Source: a virus (taxonomy: Duplodnaviria > Caudoviricetes). Taken from it: DNA of 53,303 nt. Every line of letters begins with the position of its first letter. Positions within the stretch are counted from its first letter, which is position 1. The translations under genes and the position numbers were made by a program. Below are positions 8,664 to 18,412 of this stretch, piece by piece. The notes below the pieces were generated by a model. That model ran no database searches. It was given only the letters and a program-made list of their open reading frames with translations, and was not told where the DNA came from. The DNA lies in the IMG/VR virus record IMGVR_UViG_3300044613_003466, positions 1-53,303 of that record. The stretch is one strand, 5' to 3'.

Positions 8664-10169
8664 TCAGTCCGGCGGGTCGCTGCCGTCCTCGTCTGCGCCA
8701 GGATCAGGCGCTGAGTTGGTGAATGCAGATCCTGCCGGGCGAGCCTGAGTTACGCCAGCATTGGAAACCAGCGCGGCATCTGTACTCAGGATCAGGCTGG
8801 CATCCCTGGCTCTTTGCATGTCTCTGCTCAGCTCTTCAATTACACCCTCTGGTACATAGCCAAATGATAGCTGTACTTCTGACAGGCTCATAAACCCAGC
8901 CCTTACCGCCAAGATCAGCGCTGGAATTTCCTTAGTTGGGTCGATCATCTCCCGACGCGGCGGGGTATGAGCCCAACTCATTGGCCCTTTGAGCAGGCCA
9001 ACCATTCTGGCTAGCTCGTCATGCCACTCACACACCGGCGCCAGCATTCCGGGGATGCAAACCTTTCCTCGCAGGTAAGCAATCCGCCTACTGAACTCAA
9101 GCCATCCGCCCCTAAAGCTCGAATAATTAACGTCTGACAAATCACCCGTCAGTGATTCGTAAGTAATCTCGTAGGCCGCTGCTACGGCGTGAGCGTACTC
9201 ACGATGGGTGCTAACAAAATCACCGGAGCTTGGCGGGGTGAATGCTTTAAAGTCTCGACCCGGTGGGAGATGCTCAATTGCGCCAGGCTCAATTTCATCA
9301 AAATTAACTCCGATTATTTGGTTACCATCTTCATCAAGGAGTTTATCTGCATTAACATCAGAGTCGTAGCTAACCCCAAAAAAGCAAGCTGAAATTTTAT
9401 CTTTCATCTGCTGGGCCGCCCTGATGTCGCCCATATCTCGCAGAGTCAAAATCGCTGCCGTGCCAAACGGGAGCCCCATTCGCTGGCCCGCCCGCCTGCA
9501 GTCAAAATGTAAACTTATCTCTTCTTTTGGCACAAAGGTACTTTGCACCCTGACGCCAATGCCTAGCGAAGTTTCGCCAGGGTGGCTGTCTCTAATCCAG
9601 TAACCCATCAAACGGCCTGCGCTATCAAACTGCTGGCCAAATAAAATGTCTTGAGAATTGTCTTTATTGAAATCTAACCAATCAGGCTCAAGCATTTGCA
9701 CTTGCAAAGGCACTATTCCGTAGCGCTCAAACAGTTCGGGATATATCCGTTTTCGCACTAGCACGGCGCCGCGTACCGCTGTAGTCCTGGCCCCAACGGA
9801 TTGATTGCCGTACCAATCATGGGTGCCGTAAAAATCGCTATGTCGTGATTCTGCCCAGGTATTATAGCTTGATTTATATTTGCTAGTTGCGCCTATGGGA
9901 GTGCTCATAATCCCATCGCCAATCCAATTATTTACAATCACGCCAATCGCTCTGGATGCGTAGGCATCGTTATCGGCAAGATCCTGGTGCCGTTTGACCA
10001 GCCAGTAGTACGCCTGACGCAGATCGCTATTGGGGCCGCTGTTATTTGTCCACCATCCAGAGGTCCGACGGGTGTCCTCTGCAGCCTCAAACCGGGCCAG
10101 GGTGCGGCGGGCAAATTCCTGGTCATCCCGGAGCCGCTTGCCTTTTGCCTTGCTCTTACCCTTGCCCAT
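8664..10169 (-). CDS. Portal protein, lambda family
   Basis: YE.LTGDLS.VNYSS.RGG and MIDPTKE motifs. Confidence 0.9.
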   Translation of the reverse strand: MGKGKSKAKGKRLRDDQEFARRTLARFEAAEDTRRTSGWWTNNSGPNSDLRQAYYWLVKRHQDLADNDAYASRAIGVIVNNWIGDGIMSTPIGATSKYKSSYNTWAESRHSDFYGTHDWYGNQSVGARTTAVRGAVLVRKRIYPELFERYGIVPLQVQMLEPDWLDFNKDNSQDILFGQQFDSAGRLMGYWIRDSHPGETSLGIGVRVQSTFVPKEEISLHFDCRRAGQRMGLPFGTAAILTLRDMGDIRAAQQMKDKISACFFGVSYDSDVNADKLLDEDGNQIIGVNFDEIEPGAIEHLPPGRDFKAFTPPSSGDFVSTHREYAHAVAAAYEITYESLTGDLSDVNYSSFRGGWLEFSRRIAYLRGKVCIPGMLAPVCEWHDELARMVGLLKGPMSWAHTPPRREMIDPTKEIPALILAVRAGFMSLSEVQLSFGYVPEGVIEELSRDMQRARDASLILSTDAALVSNAGVTQARPAGSAFTNSAPDPGADEDGSDPPD

Positions 10170-10387
10170 CAGGTTGGCCGAGACATGCTGAAGTAGGTGC
10201 GGCGAACCCGGCGCGAGGCGGTCGGCGCCACCTCTGCGGCCATGGATTGTTCGATCCGGCGCATTTCGTCCAGGCTTCGATAGGTGATCTCCCGGCCGTC
10301 GCTGAATCGAGCTTTTAAGACGCCCTGATTGATCTTGCTGCGCAGCTCAGCAAGATCAGCAGCAACATCCTCAGAGGTATAGGCCAT
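10169..10387 (-). CDS. gpW-like head completion protein
   Basis: GV..ARFSDGREITYRSLDEM, between terminase and portal. Confidence 0.8.
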   Translation of the reverse strand: MAYTSEDVAADLAELRSKINQGVLKARFSDGREITYRSLDEMRRIEQSMAAEVAPTASRRVRRTYFSMSRPT

Positions 10388-10396
10388 GGCCCCATC

Positions 10397-12394
10397 TTAC
10401 CTCTTTAGCCAACCTTTGCGCATGTCCGGGCCGCCTGTGCTGGAGCTTTTCAGCCAGCCCGATCGCTGGGGGTTTCGGGCTGGGGGCGCCACCCCTCCCC
10501 CTCCTGCCCCCGACGCCTGGGTGCCCAGGGTGCGGGCGAGCTGGGCCCACATGGTGCCCGGGGTGTAGCGACGGGTCACCAGCTGCAGCACTGCATAGGC
10601 ATAGCGGGTGCAGTCGCCCCCCTCATCTCGCGCCCCAGTTGGTGCCTCCCAGTGATAGCTGATCTGGCCCCTGCTCCGCCGCGGCATCCGCCTCCAAGGG
10701 AACAGCTCCGCCAAGAATTGATCAGTTGAGCACAGGCCAAAATGCAAGTAGCCAGGGCCCACGGTCTCAACTCCCAACCGATACTGCAGTGACTTGACGC
10801 TTTCGTCATAACCCACAAAGTACAGGTTAACCCCGTTCTTTACTATCGGCTTGTTTTTGCGGTTGATACTCACCGGCACGCCCCGGCCTAACAGCGGTTT
10901 GCCCTTTTGCGGAGCCCCTCGAACTGGCACCCAAACATCTTTACGGGTTGAGCAAAACTCGCGGACCGCTTGGCAACTGGTTGCATCGCCACCTTCATCA
11001 ATGCCGCCCCGCGCCAACTTGAGCACGGTCCCATCTTCTCGAATCCATTTGGTTTCGGCGATCCGGTCCAGTTGCGCCAGCGTGTTTTTGTCCTGCGGGT
11101 CGCCATCGATGTCCCAATGGCCAAGATGCCAGCCCTCCTCCCCAACGCCCCAGCCCCAGACGGTGGCAACCAGTCGCTCGTTTGCCGTGCCCCCCCCGCC
11201 CTGGGTGTCTACTCCAGCGGTGATCAACAACACGCCATTGGGCACGCCAGTCAGAGTGAAGTCTTCGCCAAGGATCGAATAGCCGTTGCCCAGCTCCGTA
11301 GATTGCCGGCGCTTGGCCAGGTTGTCGGCCGAAACCTTGCCAGCCTGCGAGTCCTCCCAACCTTCGCCAAGCACCGTATTTTTGAAGGTCTGCATTGGCT
11401 CTGGGTCGCCTTTGCGCAACGACTCCAGTGCCTCTTTGTATTCACGAACCAGAATCGACCAGTCCGCCGCCGGTGAATAGCTGTAGGCCGCCCACACATG
11501 GAACCCAATTAGGCCGGGGACCTGAGCAACAGCGGTCGGGCGATCCTCACAGCGCTCTACCATCCAGCGTTTTTTGCTGTGCGGGATTGGCGTTTTGCAA
11601 TTTTCGCATTCGTAATGGGCGGTAAATTCGCCTTCTTTTATCATTTGATCCCATCGCAAAACTTGATAGTGATTACAAAATGGGCAAGGAACAAAGAACT
11701 TGCGCTGATCTGATTTCTTGTATAATTCCTCTGTTCGCCCATCCTTAAATATCGGCGTACTACCTACGCCTATTTTGCGGTCCCAGTAATAGTCGGCACG
11801 GTTGCGACCTAGCTTGTAAACATCACCTTCGTCAATTCTGCGATAAGCGTCAAACTCATCAAAGAGAACAATCTTTCTAGACTTGCGTCGAAAGGCCCGC
11901 CCACTGGCAGCGTTTACTATATCTATTAAACCACCATTGCTAAGCTGCTTCAGTAGGATCGTATTACTGCTGGTATTGCGTGCTTTGGACTCAGTTATCA
12001 GTCCCTGCAGCGCTGGCGTATCCTCAAATAATGGCTTGATTTCTTCCTTGCTATACCCTTCAGCGTCCTCCTTAACCGGCTGCACAATCATGATCGGGCA
12101 TGGATCATGGTGCGAGAAATACTGAACAACAACGCCCAGAATCTTTGTCCAGCCTACGCGAGCCGACTTCAGGCAGACCACCGTTTCAACATTGGGATTG
12201 GTGAACGCATCCAGAATTGGGCGCTGATACGGCAGCGTCCGCCACTGGCCCTTCTCTGCTGCGTTGCCGGTCATCACCGCGCCGCCATCAACGGTGGCCG
12301 GCTGGTCGGCATATTCCGATAGCCGCAGCTTCGGAGGTGGCTTAAAGCCGTTCAGGATCCGCCGCGTCAGCACCTGCACCGCCGGCAGCGTCAA
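10397..12394 (-). CDS. Terminase large subunit (lambda GpA family)
   Basis: KSARVGWT Walker A, VLFDEFD, STP, CPFC...CENC, AGVDTQ nuclease, DCTRYAYA. Confidence 0.95.
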   Translation of the reverse strand: MTLPAVQVLTRRILNGFKPPPKLRLSEYADQPATVDGGAVMTGNAAEKGQWRTLPYQRPILDAFTNPNVETVVCLKSARVGWTKILGVVVQYFSHHDPCPIMIVQPVKEDAEGYSKEEIKPLFEDTPALQGLITESKARNTSSNTILLKQLSNGGLIDIVNAASGRAFRRKSRKIVLFDEFDAYRRIDEGDVYKLGRNRADYYWDRKIGVGSTPIFKDGRTEELYKKSDQRKFFVPCPFCNHYQVLRWDQMIKEGEFTAHYECENCKTPIPHSKKRWMVERCEDRPTAVAQVPGLIGFHVWAAYSYSPAADWSILVREYKEALESLRKGDPEPMQTFKNTVLGEGWEDSQAGKVSADNLAKRRQSTELGNGYSILGEDFTLTGVPNGVLLITAGVDTQGGGGTANERLVATVWGWGVGEEGWHLGHWDIDGDPQDKNTLAQLDRIAETKWIREDGTVLKLARGGIDEGGDATSCQAVREFCSTRKDVWVPVRGAPQKGKPLLGRGVPVSINRKNKPIVKNGVNLYFVGYDESVKSLQYRLGVETVGPGYLHFGLCSTDQFLAELFPWRRMPRRSRGQISYHWEAPTGARDEGGDCTRYAYAVLQLVTRRYTPGTMWAQLARTLGTQASGAGGGGVAPPARNPQRSGWLKSSSTGGPDMRKGWLKR

Positions 12395-13035
12395 GGCTCA
12401 ACCTCTGGGTAGATCTCCATTACGTCGCCCGCAGCGAGACCACTCAGGGCCTCGCGTATCAGGTCCATCAACACCGCCACCTCGTCGGGTGTCAGGTGCG
12501 GGATCCTTTGCTTTGCCTTGCTTGGCACCCCCAGCATCACGGTGCGGGTGATATTGACCGCTGCATCCCAGGCCTGCCCTACTTCCTCGCGGGGGAGCAG
12601 CATGTTCGCCTTGGCTTTGCGATCCATTTCCAGGATATTGGCCTTCTCGAATTCGGATCGAGCCCGACTGTCGTTGTAGCTGGGGATTTCTTCAGGCTCT
12701 GGAAAATCGTCGGCGAGGGCCTGGGCGGGGGGACGCGATGGCCTGGTCTTTGCAGGCTGCTGAGCCCGCTTGGCCGTGGGCGTCTGGCCTCCCGGCGCGG
12801 CAACTTTCGGTCTGGGCCCCTGACCTTGGCTGGCATTGGTCCCACGGGGCGCCGGGTCGGTGGCCTGAGCCCACTGCTCATCAGCAAGAGCCGGGTCAAT
12901 CTCCCAGCCACTCCCTTGACGCTCAACCGCTGGGGGCTGCAGCCGACCCGCCTTAATTGCCCTGAGCACCGACACATGGGTGGCCCCCCGAAGGCCCTGG
13001 GCCTTGCGGTGATCGGCGTACTGCTGGAGGTTCAC
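12391..13035 (-). CDS. Terminase small subunit
   Basis: N-terminal HTH (YADHR...VLRAIKAGRL), C-terminal coiled coil, 4-bp overlap with the large subunit. Confidence 0.8.
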   Translation of the reverse strand: MNLQQYADHRKAQGLRGATHVSVLRAIKAGRLQPPAVERQGSGWEIDPALADEQWAQATDPAPRGTNASQGQGPRPKVAAPGGQTPTAKRAQQPAKTRPSRPPAQALADDFPEPEEIPSYNDSRARSEFEKANILEMDRKAKANMLLPREEVGQAWDAAVNITRTVMLGVPSKAKQRIPHLTPDEVAVLMDLIREALSGLAAGDVMEIYPEVEP

Positions 13036-13059
13036 TTTGCCCGCGGGACCAGCATCGGA

Positions 13060-13239
13060 TTTGTACCCTTGTGCATTTTGTACTTAGCTACGTACAAAAT
13101 AGGTTACAACCTTGTGATCCCAAGCGATTAGACCGGTTACAGGCTGGCCTTGGCAAGGTTGTACCTTTATTGAGAAGCGTTATCAACAGAAAGACCGGGC
13201 GCGAGTCTACCCACGGCTAAGACCCCTGTCGGAGGACCC
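13060..13239 (-). other. Candidate cos packaging site
   Basis: Minus strand GGGTCCT (lambda cosQ heptamer) ...CCGACAGG... CTCGCG, then repeated GTACAA/GTTACA boxes upstream of the small terminase gene. Confidence 0.5.
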
Positions 13240-13259
13240 AAGCCATGGGGGGGGGTGCC

Positions 13260-13913
13260 TCACCGCGCCGTCTTCAGCGCCTCGGTCACATATCGCTGCA
13301 GTGCGGGCCCCCAAGTCCTGCTCACGCTGTCTTGGGTAACTTGACGGATCGGCCAGCGCTTGGGGATGTTGGGCAGCTGGTTGAAGAGCAGGAGCGACTC
13401 GACCCGATACCTGCGCATCCTGCCTGAGCCGATGCGACGGTAAACGCCAGGCCGGAGCTTGCCGCGCCGCTTGCCGAGCATGAAGGTGTCAGGCCCACCC
13501 TTGAGAGCCTTGACCGCCGCGGCCTTGCTCATGTTGCCGGATGCATTGAGCCGTGCCCCGCGCCCAGGGCGCCATGCTGGGGCAGCCGTAAGGCGCCGCT
13601 CTGATGGCCTTTGGGGCCTAACGCCACCCTGGATGGATGGCAGAAGGTAACGCTCCTGGATCTGTTGTGGTGCGAGTTCGGCTGTCAGGTTGCGCTTAGT
13701 GCTAAACCTGGAGACCTTGTAGGCCCGTTGGGTGAACTGGGTGGGCCTGTCGAAGTATTTGTTGGTCGATTCGTTGAGATCCTTAACACCGCCTTTGGCT
13801 ACCTCATTAAGTGCCCTTGATGCTGCGAAAGGCATCTGGTTCTGAATCCCTGCCAGCCATGCCTGAGCCTTGCTTAAGCCGCTGCTGTCAATGTCTAGGC
13901 GGACGTTGGGCAT
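13260..13913 (-). CDS. gpZ-like phage tail completion/virion morphogenesis protein
   Basis: QMPFAASRALN..A...FDRPT.FT pattern, very basic. Confidence 0.6.
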   Translation of the reverse strand: MPNVRLDIDSSGLSKAQAWLAGIQNQMPFAASRALNEVAKGGVKDLNESTNKYFDRPTQFTQRAYKVSRFSTKRNLTAELAPQQIQERYLLPSIQGGVRPQRPSERRLTAAPAWRPGRGARLNASGNMSKAAAVKALKGGPDTFMLGKRRGKLRPGVYRRIGSGRMRRYRVESLLLFNQLPNIPKRWPIRQVTQDSVSRTWGPALQRYVTEALKTAR

Positions 13914-14258
13914 CTATCCCTCCACCAGCCCCATGGCCCGCAAGTAGCGCGTCCACTGCTCCACTGTCAGCACAACGCGGAAAGTACCGCCTCTGAATCG
14001 AATAATGCTGGCGGCATGGGCCTCGCTGGCGTTAATCCGCTGTTGCTCTGCGGCGGTGGGCTTGACCCTGGCGGCTGCGGCGGTGTCTTCCCAGTTGGCG
14101 ATTTGCACAACATGGCCTGGAACGCCGTCCAGGTCGCCGGTGTCATCGGCCCGACCTGCCCCTAGTTTGCGTCGAATGGGCAAGCCAAGGGCTTTGGTGA
14201 GGATTGCAGCGGCTTGCAATTCGCCTCGATCACCTTTGCGTTTTGGTCGGTTCGCCAT
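13914..14258 (-). CDS. Holliday junction resolvase-like PD-(D/E)XK protein
   Basis: KRKGDRGE.....L...DTGDL...VVQ motif. Confidence 0.6.
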   Translation of the reverse strand: MANRPKRKGDRGELQAAAILTKALGLPIRRKLGAGRADDTGDLDGVPGHVVQIANWEDTAAAARVKPTAAEQQRINASEAHAASIIRFRGGTFRVVLTVEQWTRYLRAMGLVEG

Positions 14259-14272
14259 GCCCCAACCCTACT

Positions 14273-14899
14273 TCAAACCCGCTTTGCCGGTTCAACCACG
14301 CGCCGGTAGTGAAGGCCGCAAGCTGCGGTTCCGTGGGTGACTGAATTCCAAATGTTTTTTTTGTGAGTAAATACTTCTCTAGCCGCTGCAGCAATTGAAG
14401 GGTATCGGCGTCCAGTTTCAACGCATTCTATAACATAAGATTTAGTTAATCTTGGCAATTGCATTTTCGTAATCTTAAAAGCAATAATCTCGGAGTCAAA
14501 AAGTTGAGTAAGCTCTGATTGTGCAATACCGCCAAACTGTTGCGGGTGTTTTGTAGCAAATTTTCTAAGGTGCATACGTGCGATAAAGCGAGGGCTATTT
14601 TTTGCATTTGATCGCGCAACAGCGGGAAGGCCGATTTTAATCCAATTATAAATCTTTTCATAACTATAGCCTGTAAGTGTTCTGATGTCTCCGATAGATA
14701 TAAATTCTCCTTGAGGTTGCATTGAGAGGCCTAGCTGCTCGGCTTTTTGCTGCATGGCCATGGGCGTTCTGGCTGGCCGGCGTTGGTTGAAGCGCTTGGC
14801 GACCAGCTGCCAGGGCAGCTCCCCAGCAAGGTCGGACAGCACCTCCAGGTCTTCAAGTGTCCATCGCCTCGATTGGCGCTTGGGTGCTGGCTTGGTCAT
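14273..14899 (-). CDS. DNA-binding protein (HTH plus NUMOD1-like C-terminus)
   Basis: RRWT.ED...L, HTH segment, CVETGRRYPSIAAAARE. Confidence 0.55.
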   Translation of the reverse strand: MTKPAPKRQSRRWTLEDLEVLSDLAGELPWQLVAKRFNQRRPARTPMAMQQKAEQLGLSMQPQGEFISIGDIRTLTGYSYEKIYNWIKIGLPAVARSNAKNSPRFIARMHLRKFATKHPQQFGGIAQSELTQLFDSEIIAFKITKMQLPRLTKSYVIECVETGRRYPSIAAAAREVFTHKKNIWNSVTHGTAACGLHYRRVVEPAKRV

Positions 14900-14965
14900 G
14901 GCTGATGAGTGGGGCTCTTCGTGGTGGGGCTCTTCGTGGTGGGGGGGGGGATGTGCTGGTCTGAA

Positions 14966-15233
14966 TGTTGGTCGCTAGGTCGAATGTTGGCGGGTGCAGC
15001 CAACATTGAGATTCTTTCCAGCGCAAAGGATCTCAAGGAATTTTGGCCCAATGTTGGCATGTTGGTCTGTTGGTCGTTCCCCGTGTCCGTTTTCGTGAAA
15101 AAAGGGGTAAGAAAAAAAGGAAGCCCAAAAGGACCAACATACCAACATAGATACATATATATATCTATATCCCTTATGGGGACTACGTTTTTGAATGTTG
15201 GTCGATGACCAACATTGGACCAACAGACCAACA
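14966..15233. repeat. Iteron-like TGTTGG/CCAACA cluster around an AT-rich core (candidate ori)
   Basis: 12 copies (6 per orientation) just downstream of the primase-helicase gene. Confidence 0.6.
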
Positions 15234-15243
15234 TTCGCGGAGG

Positions 15244-17904
15244 TCATGGCAGGCTCCCGGTCGCCTGGTAGGTCCAGGCCCCTCTTGAGCCAGTCCCTGC
15301 CGTGCCCATGCCCATGGCAGCAAGGGCTTCAACCGCCGTGGCCGCCGCTCCGCTGTCGATGTCCCGCCTCTGCGACCTGGTGAGCCTCTGGGCAACGTCA
15401 CGCCACGCAATGGGCCCCTCGCTGGCCTCTGCCAGCTTGTGGATCATCCTCATCAGTTCCGAGGCCTCACCGGCCTCTGCAACGCTCTCGTGAATGCCAA
15501 CGGTCCATTGGTTGATCGCTTCCACCAGCAGGATCGCCCGCTTAACCACGCCAATGCTGACCGGTGCGGAAGGGGGGCTGCCAAGTTCCCAGGACCAAAG
15601 GAGATGCAACAGGCCAGCGATCCGGAGCACCTTGCCTGCGGCCTTGCCCATCAAGGCCCCATAGGCCGGCAGGGTGGCCCTGAGAGCATGTTCCTGGGCC
15701 TCAAACTCGTAGTCCATAAAAAGGCGCCTGGCGTCGCCGTCCATGGTCAGGCTGGTGATGGGCAGGCAATAGAGAAATCTGCAGGCCGCCGCCAATAACT
15801 CTGCGGCCGCGTTGGTGGCGTCAACCTCCAACTGGGTTTCGTCGTCGGCAATTCGGACGGCTCGGGGGGGTAGGGGCACAAAGCCAAATCGCGCCCAAAG
15901 CCCAGAGGCATCGCCGCTGGCTACGAGGCCTTGCAATATTTCGGGCTGGATGGTGCCCCAGATGCTCAGGTGACAGCGTTCGTAGCTGCGGCCTCCGTTA
16001 GCTGCGGCCACCCGCAGCGATCGAAAACCAGTCCCGTCATAGGTTTCGAGCAGCTGTTCGGAGTCCGCCCCTCTGCCGCCCGTGTAGCGGCCAAAACTGC
16101 CAAACAGCCCCGCCAGCTCGTCGCGATGAATTGACAGCGCCGCTTTGCGAATTTCGTGAACTTGCAACTGCGAGGCCAAGGCCTCGGCGGTGTAATCGCT
16201 GGTTGAGATAAAAACCGGTGAGGGGGGGTCTGGTCGCTCTGATGGCTTGACCTGTCGGTTTTGCTCGGTCCATTCGGCCATGGCCCTGCTGTGATGTTGT
16301 TTCAGTTCGGCCCTCAAGGCCCTGGTGGGCTCGTCTACAAGTGCCTTGGAAAGTGGCGTTTTTTTGGCCCCGGTTTTGGCGACCAAGGCCACATAAAGGT
16401 TCAACGGGACCCGATAGGCCGCGGCATGGCTGGCCACCAACTCGGTGCCCAACTTGACCACCCCGCTCACGCAAGCCAAAAACGCCATGGTGGCGCTGAG
16501 ATCGTCTGAGGGGAGGTAGCGGGTCCGCGTTGCCAGGGCATCCGCCAGTAGTGGCGGCATGATCTGATCAAGGCGAATGCAGGAATTGCCATCGGCCCGC
16601 GTGATCGCCTTGGCCAGGCGCTGCGCTTCCTGCGCCACCTGAACGCCCGACTCCTCCTCTCGCTGAATGGCATTGAGCAGATCGCGCAGGGTGGACGCCG
16701 GAATTTTGCTTGCGTCGGAGAGGCGGATACGTTCGGCCTCTAGGTCCTGGCGCGAGGCCCCGCCCTGGACCGCGTACCTGAACTGCTCGCGCACCTCGTC
16801 CAGAGTGAGAGGCGGGGGCTCGACGGGGTGGGGTGTGCGGTGCTGGTCGGGGGGTGTTCGATTGGGCCGCTGGTTGCCGAGGCCCTGGCCATTACGGCCC
16901 AGGTCATGGCGTCGGATGTCGACCCCCCATTGGTCGCGCAGGTAAGGCCAGATGCTGCCCGGGGCGATCTGGTTAGGGGTGCCCTTGAAATATCCCGCCA
17001 AGTCGGTGATTGCCCCGCAGCAGGTTTCCGCCAGTAACTGCTCTGCTGCGGTTGCACCGAGCTCCGCATGCAACCGCAGCGCCAGCCCAATCAGCTGGTC
17101 GTACTGGCCTGCGCCGTGAGCGAATGGCGGGATCTGAGCCAGTGCCTTCCTGAGAGCATCGGCAGGTCTGGGGGGCAGGGCCCCGAGTGACAACGACCAG
17201 CCTCGGGGTGCTTCTGGTGCCGGAGACCTGGCGGCCGGCATCAGACCAGCCTGGCGCAACTGCGCATCCGCCAACCAGTCCTCAACCTCTTCGACGGAGT
17301 AACGGCGATCGGTGCTGGCGTGGATCCTGGACTGGCCGGAGGCGTCGCCATCGGGCCCTATGTAATAGGCCCCAGGCAACCTCATCACCCGGCTTGGGTT
17401 TTTGTTGACCGGATCGGCGCCCGTGACGGAAATTAAGGCCTGCTGGATCGGCCGCCAATGCTCCGGGCTGACCGGCTGATCAAGCACCCAGTAGAGGTGT
17501 GCTGATTTGCCGCCGGTGGTGACGGTGATCGATGGCTCGCCCAGGCCAAACTCTCGCCACCCCTGAAGCTGCCATTCGACGGGTCGGTTGTCCCACTCAA
17601 CCCAGAAAGCCAGGCAGGCGGCAATCCCTGGCTTGTGAACACCCTTGACGACAGCGGATTCGTCGCGGTCCCCTCCGTCATTGATCACCAAGTAGATCCC
17701 CCGCTCTTCGCGCTGCCAGCGGCTGGCTGTGGCCAGGTCATAGGCCCCTGCTCGGGCCTTGATCCCGTTGGGGTTGGTTTTTGGATCGTGCCGCTTTGGG
17801 TTGAGCCGATGCGGAAAGGCCCGGAGCCTGGCGGTGGACGGGTCCTTACCCAGCAGCTGCAGAAACTGGTCTGCCTGGCTGCAGTCAATAGGTGGAATAT
17901 TCAC
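15244..17904 (-). CDS. Primase-helicase (RepB-type primase plus DUF3987-like helicase)
   Basis: FWVEWD, TGGKSAHLYW, D...NPSRVMRLPG; AKTGAKKT P-loop, RDEL, GTIQP, GLWARF. Confidence 0.85.
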   Translation of the reverse strand: MNIPPIDCSQADQFLQLLGKDPSTARLRAFPHRLNPKRHDPKTNPNGIKARAGAYDLATASRWQREERGIYLVINDGGDRDESAVVKGVHKPGIAACLAFWVEWDNRPVEWQLQGWREFGLGEPSITVTTGGKSAHLYWVLDQPVSPEHWRPIQQALISVTGADPVNKNPSRVMRLPGAYYIGPDGDASGQSRIHASTDRRYSVEEVEDWLADAQLRQAGLMPAARSPAPEAPRGWSLSLGALPPRPADALRKALAQIPPFAHGAGQYDQLIGLALRLHAELGATAAEQLLAETCCGAITDLAGYFKGTPNQIAPGSIWPYLRDQWGVDIRRHDLGRNGQGLGNQRPNRTPPDQHRTPHPVEPPPLTLDEVREQFRYAVQGGASRQDLEAERIRLSDASKIPASTLRDLLNAIQREEESGVQVAQEAQRLAKAITRADGNSCIRLDQIMPPLLADALATRTRYLPSDDLSATMAFLACVSGVVKLGTELVASHAAAYRVPLNLYVALVAKTGAKKTPLSKALVDEPTRALRAELKQHHSRAMAEWTEQNRQVKPSERPDPPSPVFISTSDYTAEALASQLQVHEIRKAALSIHRDELAGLFGSFGRYTGGRGADSEQLLETYDGTGFRSLRVAAANGGRSYERCHLSIWGTIQPEILQGLVASGDASGLWARFGFVPLPPRAVRIADDETQLEVDATNAAAELLAAACRFLYCLPITSLTMDGDARRLFMDYEFEAQEHALRATLPAYGALMGKAAGKVLRIAGLLHLLWSWELGSPPSAPVSIGVVKRAILLVEAINQWTVGIHESVAEAGEASELMRMIHKLAEASEGPIAWRDVAQRLTRSQRRDIDSGAAATAVEALAAMGMGTAGTGSRGAWTYQATGSLP

Positions 17905-18152
17905 AGAATCTGAAGCTGGCTTGCTGGGGGTGTGTGCTTGTTCGCCTGGCGCCGATTGGCCTTGGTTTCGCTCCTGGGTCGTTGGCGGTTGAGGGCAATC
18001 TGCTCAGCCGTTGGCCAGTGTTCAGCCAGGTAGGCCTCAAGGTCAGCCGTAAACCACTCGTCCATCATTTCTTCGTATCTGGCCTGCAGCCACTGGGCCC
18101 CGGTGAGACGCCCCCAGCGAGTGAGGATGGTGGGCTCCTCAGGGCTTTGCAT
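17901..18152 (-). CDS. Hypothetical phage protein
   Basis: ORF overlapping the primase start by 4 bp. Confidence 0.45.
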   Translation of the reverse strand: MQSPEEPTILTRWGRLTGAQWLQARYEEMMDEWFTADLEAYLAEHWPTAEQIALNRQRPRSETKANRRQANKHTPPASQLQIL

Positions 18153-18285
18153 TGCCACCCCTCATCGCCTGCTCAAGCAACAGCTGCACCACGGTGGTTT
18201 TGGGAATGCCACGCTCCTTGGATTCGGCCTCAAGCCATTGGCGGATTCGGGGGGGGCACTTGAAGGTGAAGTTCGAGCCTGGCAT
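18139..18285 (-). CDS. Ribbon-helix-helix (Arc/CopG-like) regulator, 48 aa, not in ORF track
   Basis: MPGSNFTFKCPPRIRQWLEAESKERGIPKTTVVQLLLEQAMRGGNAKP: beta-strand, helix, G-turn, helix. Confidence 0.65.
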   Translation of the reverse strand: MPGSNFTFKCPPRIRQWLEAESKERGIPKTTVVQLLLEQAMRGGNAKP

Positions 18286-18412
18286 CTGCGGCAGCGTGTT
18301 GGATCACTTTACAGCAGATCCGCGTAAGATCCGCGTCAGGGGTGCTATGGTCCACCCATGGCCGCCGCACCATGACCTGGCAGCCAGCCATCCCTCGTTT
18401 AACATCTGCCCC

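Noticed and set aside
14896-15234. 112-aa ORF over the iteron cluster
   Set aside because: The translation just reflects the repeats (LVCW/CWYV); a cis-acting site is more likely
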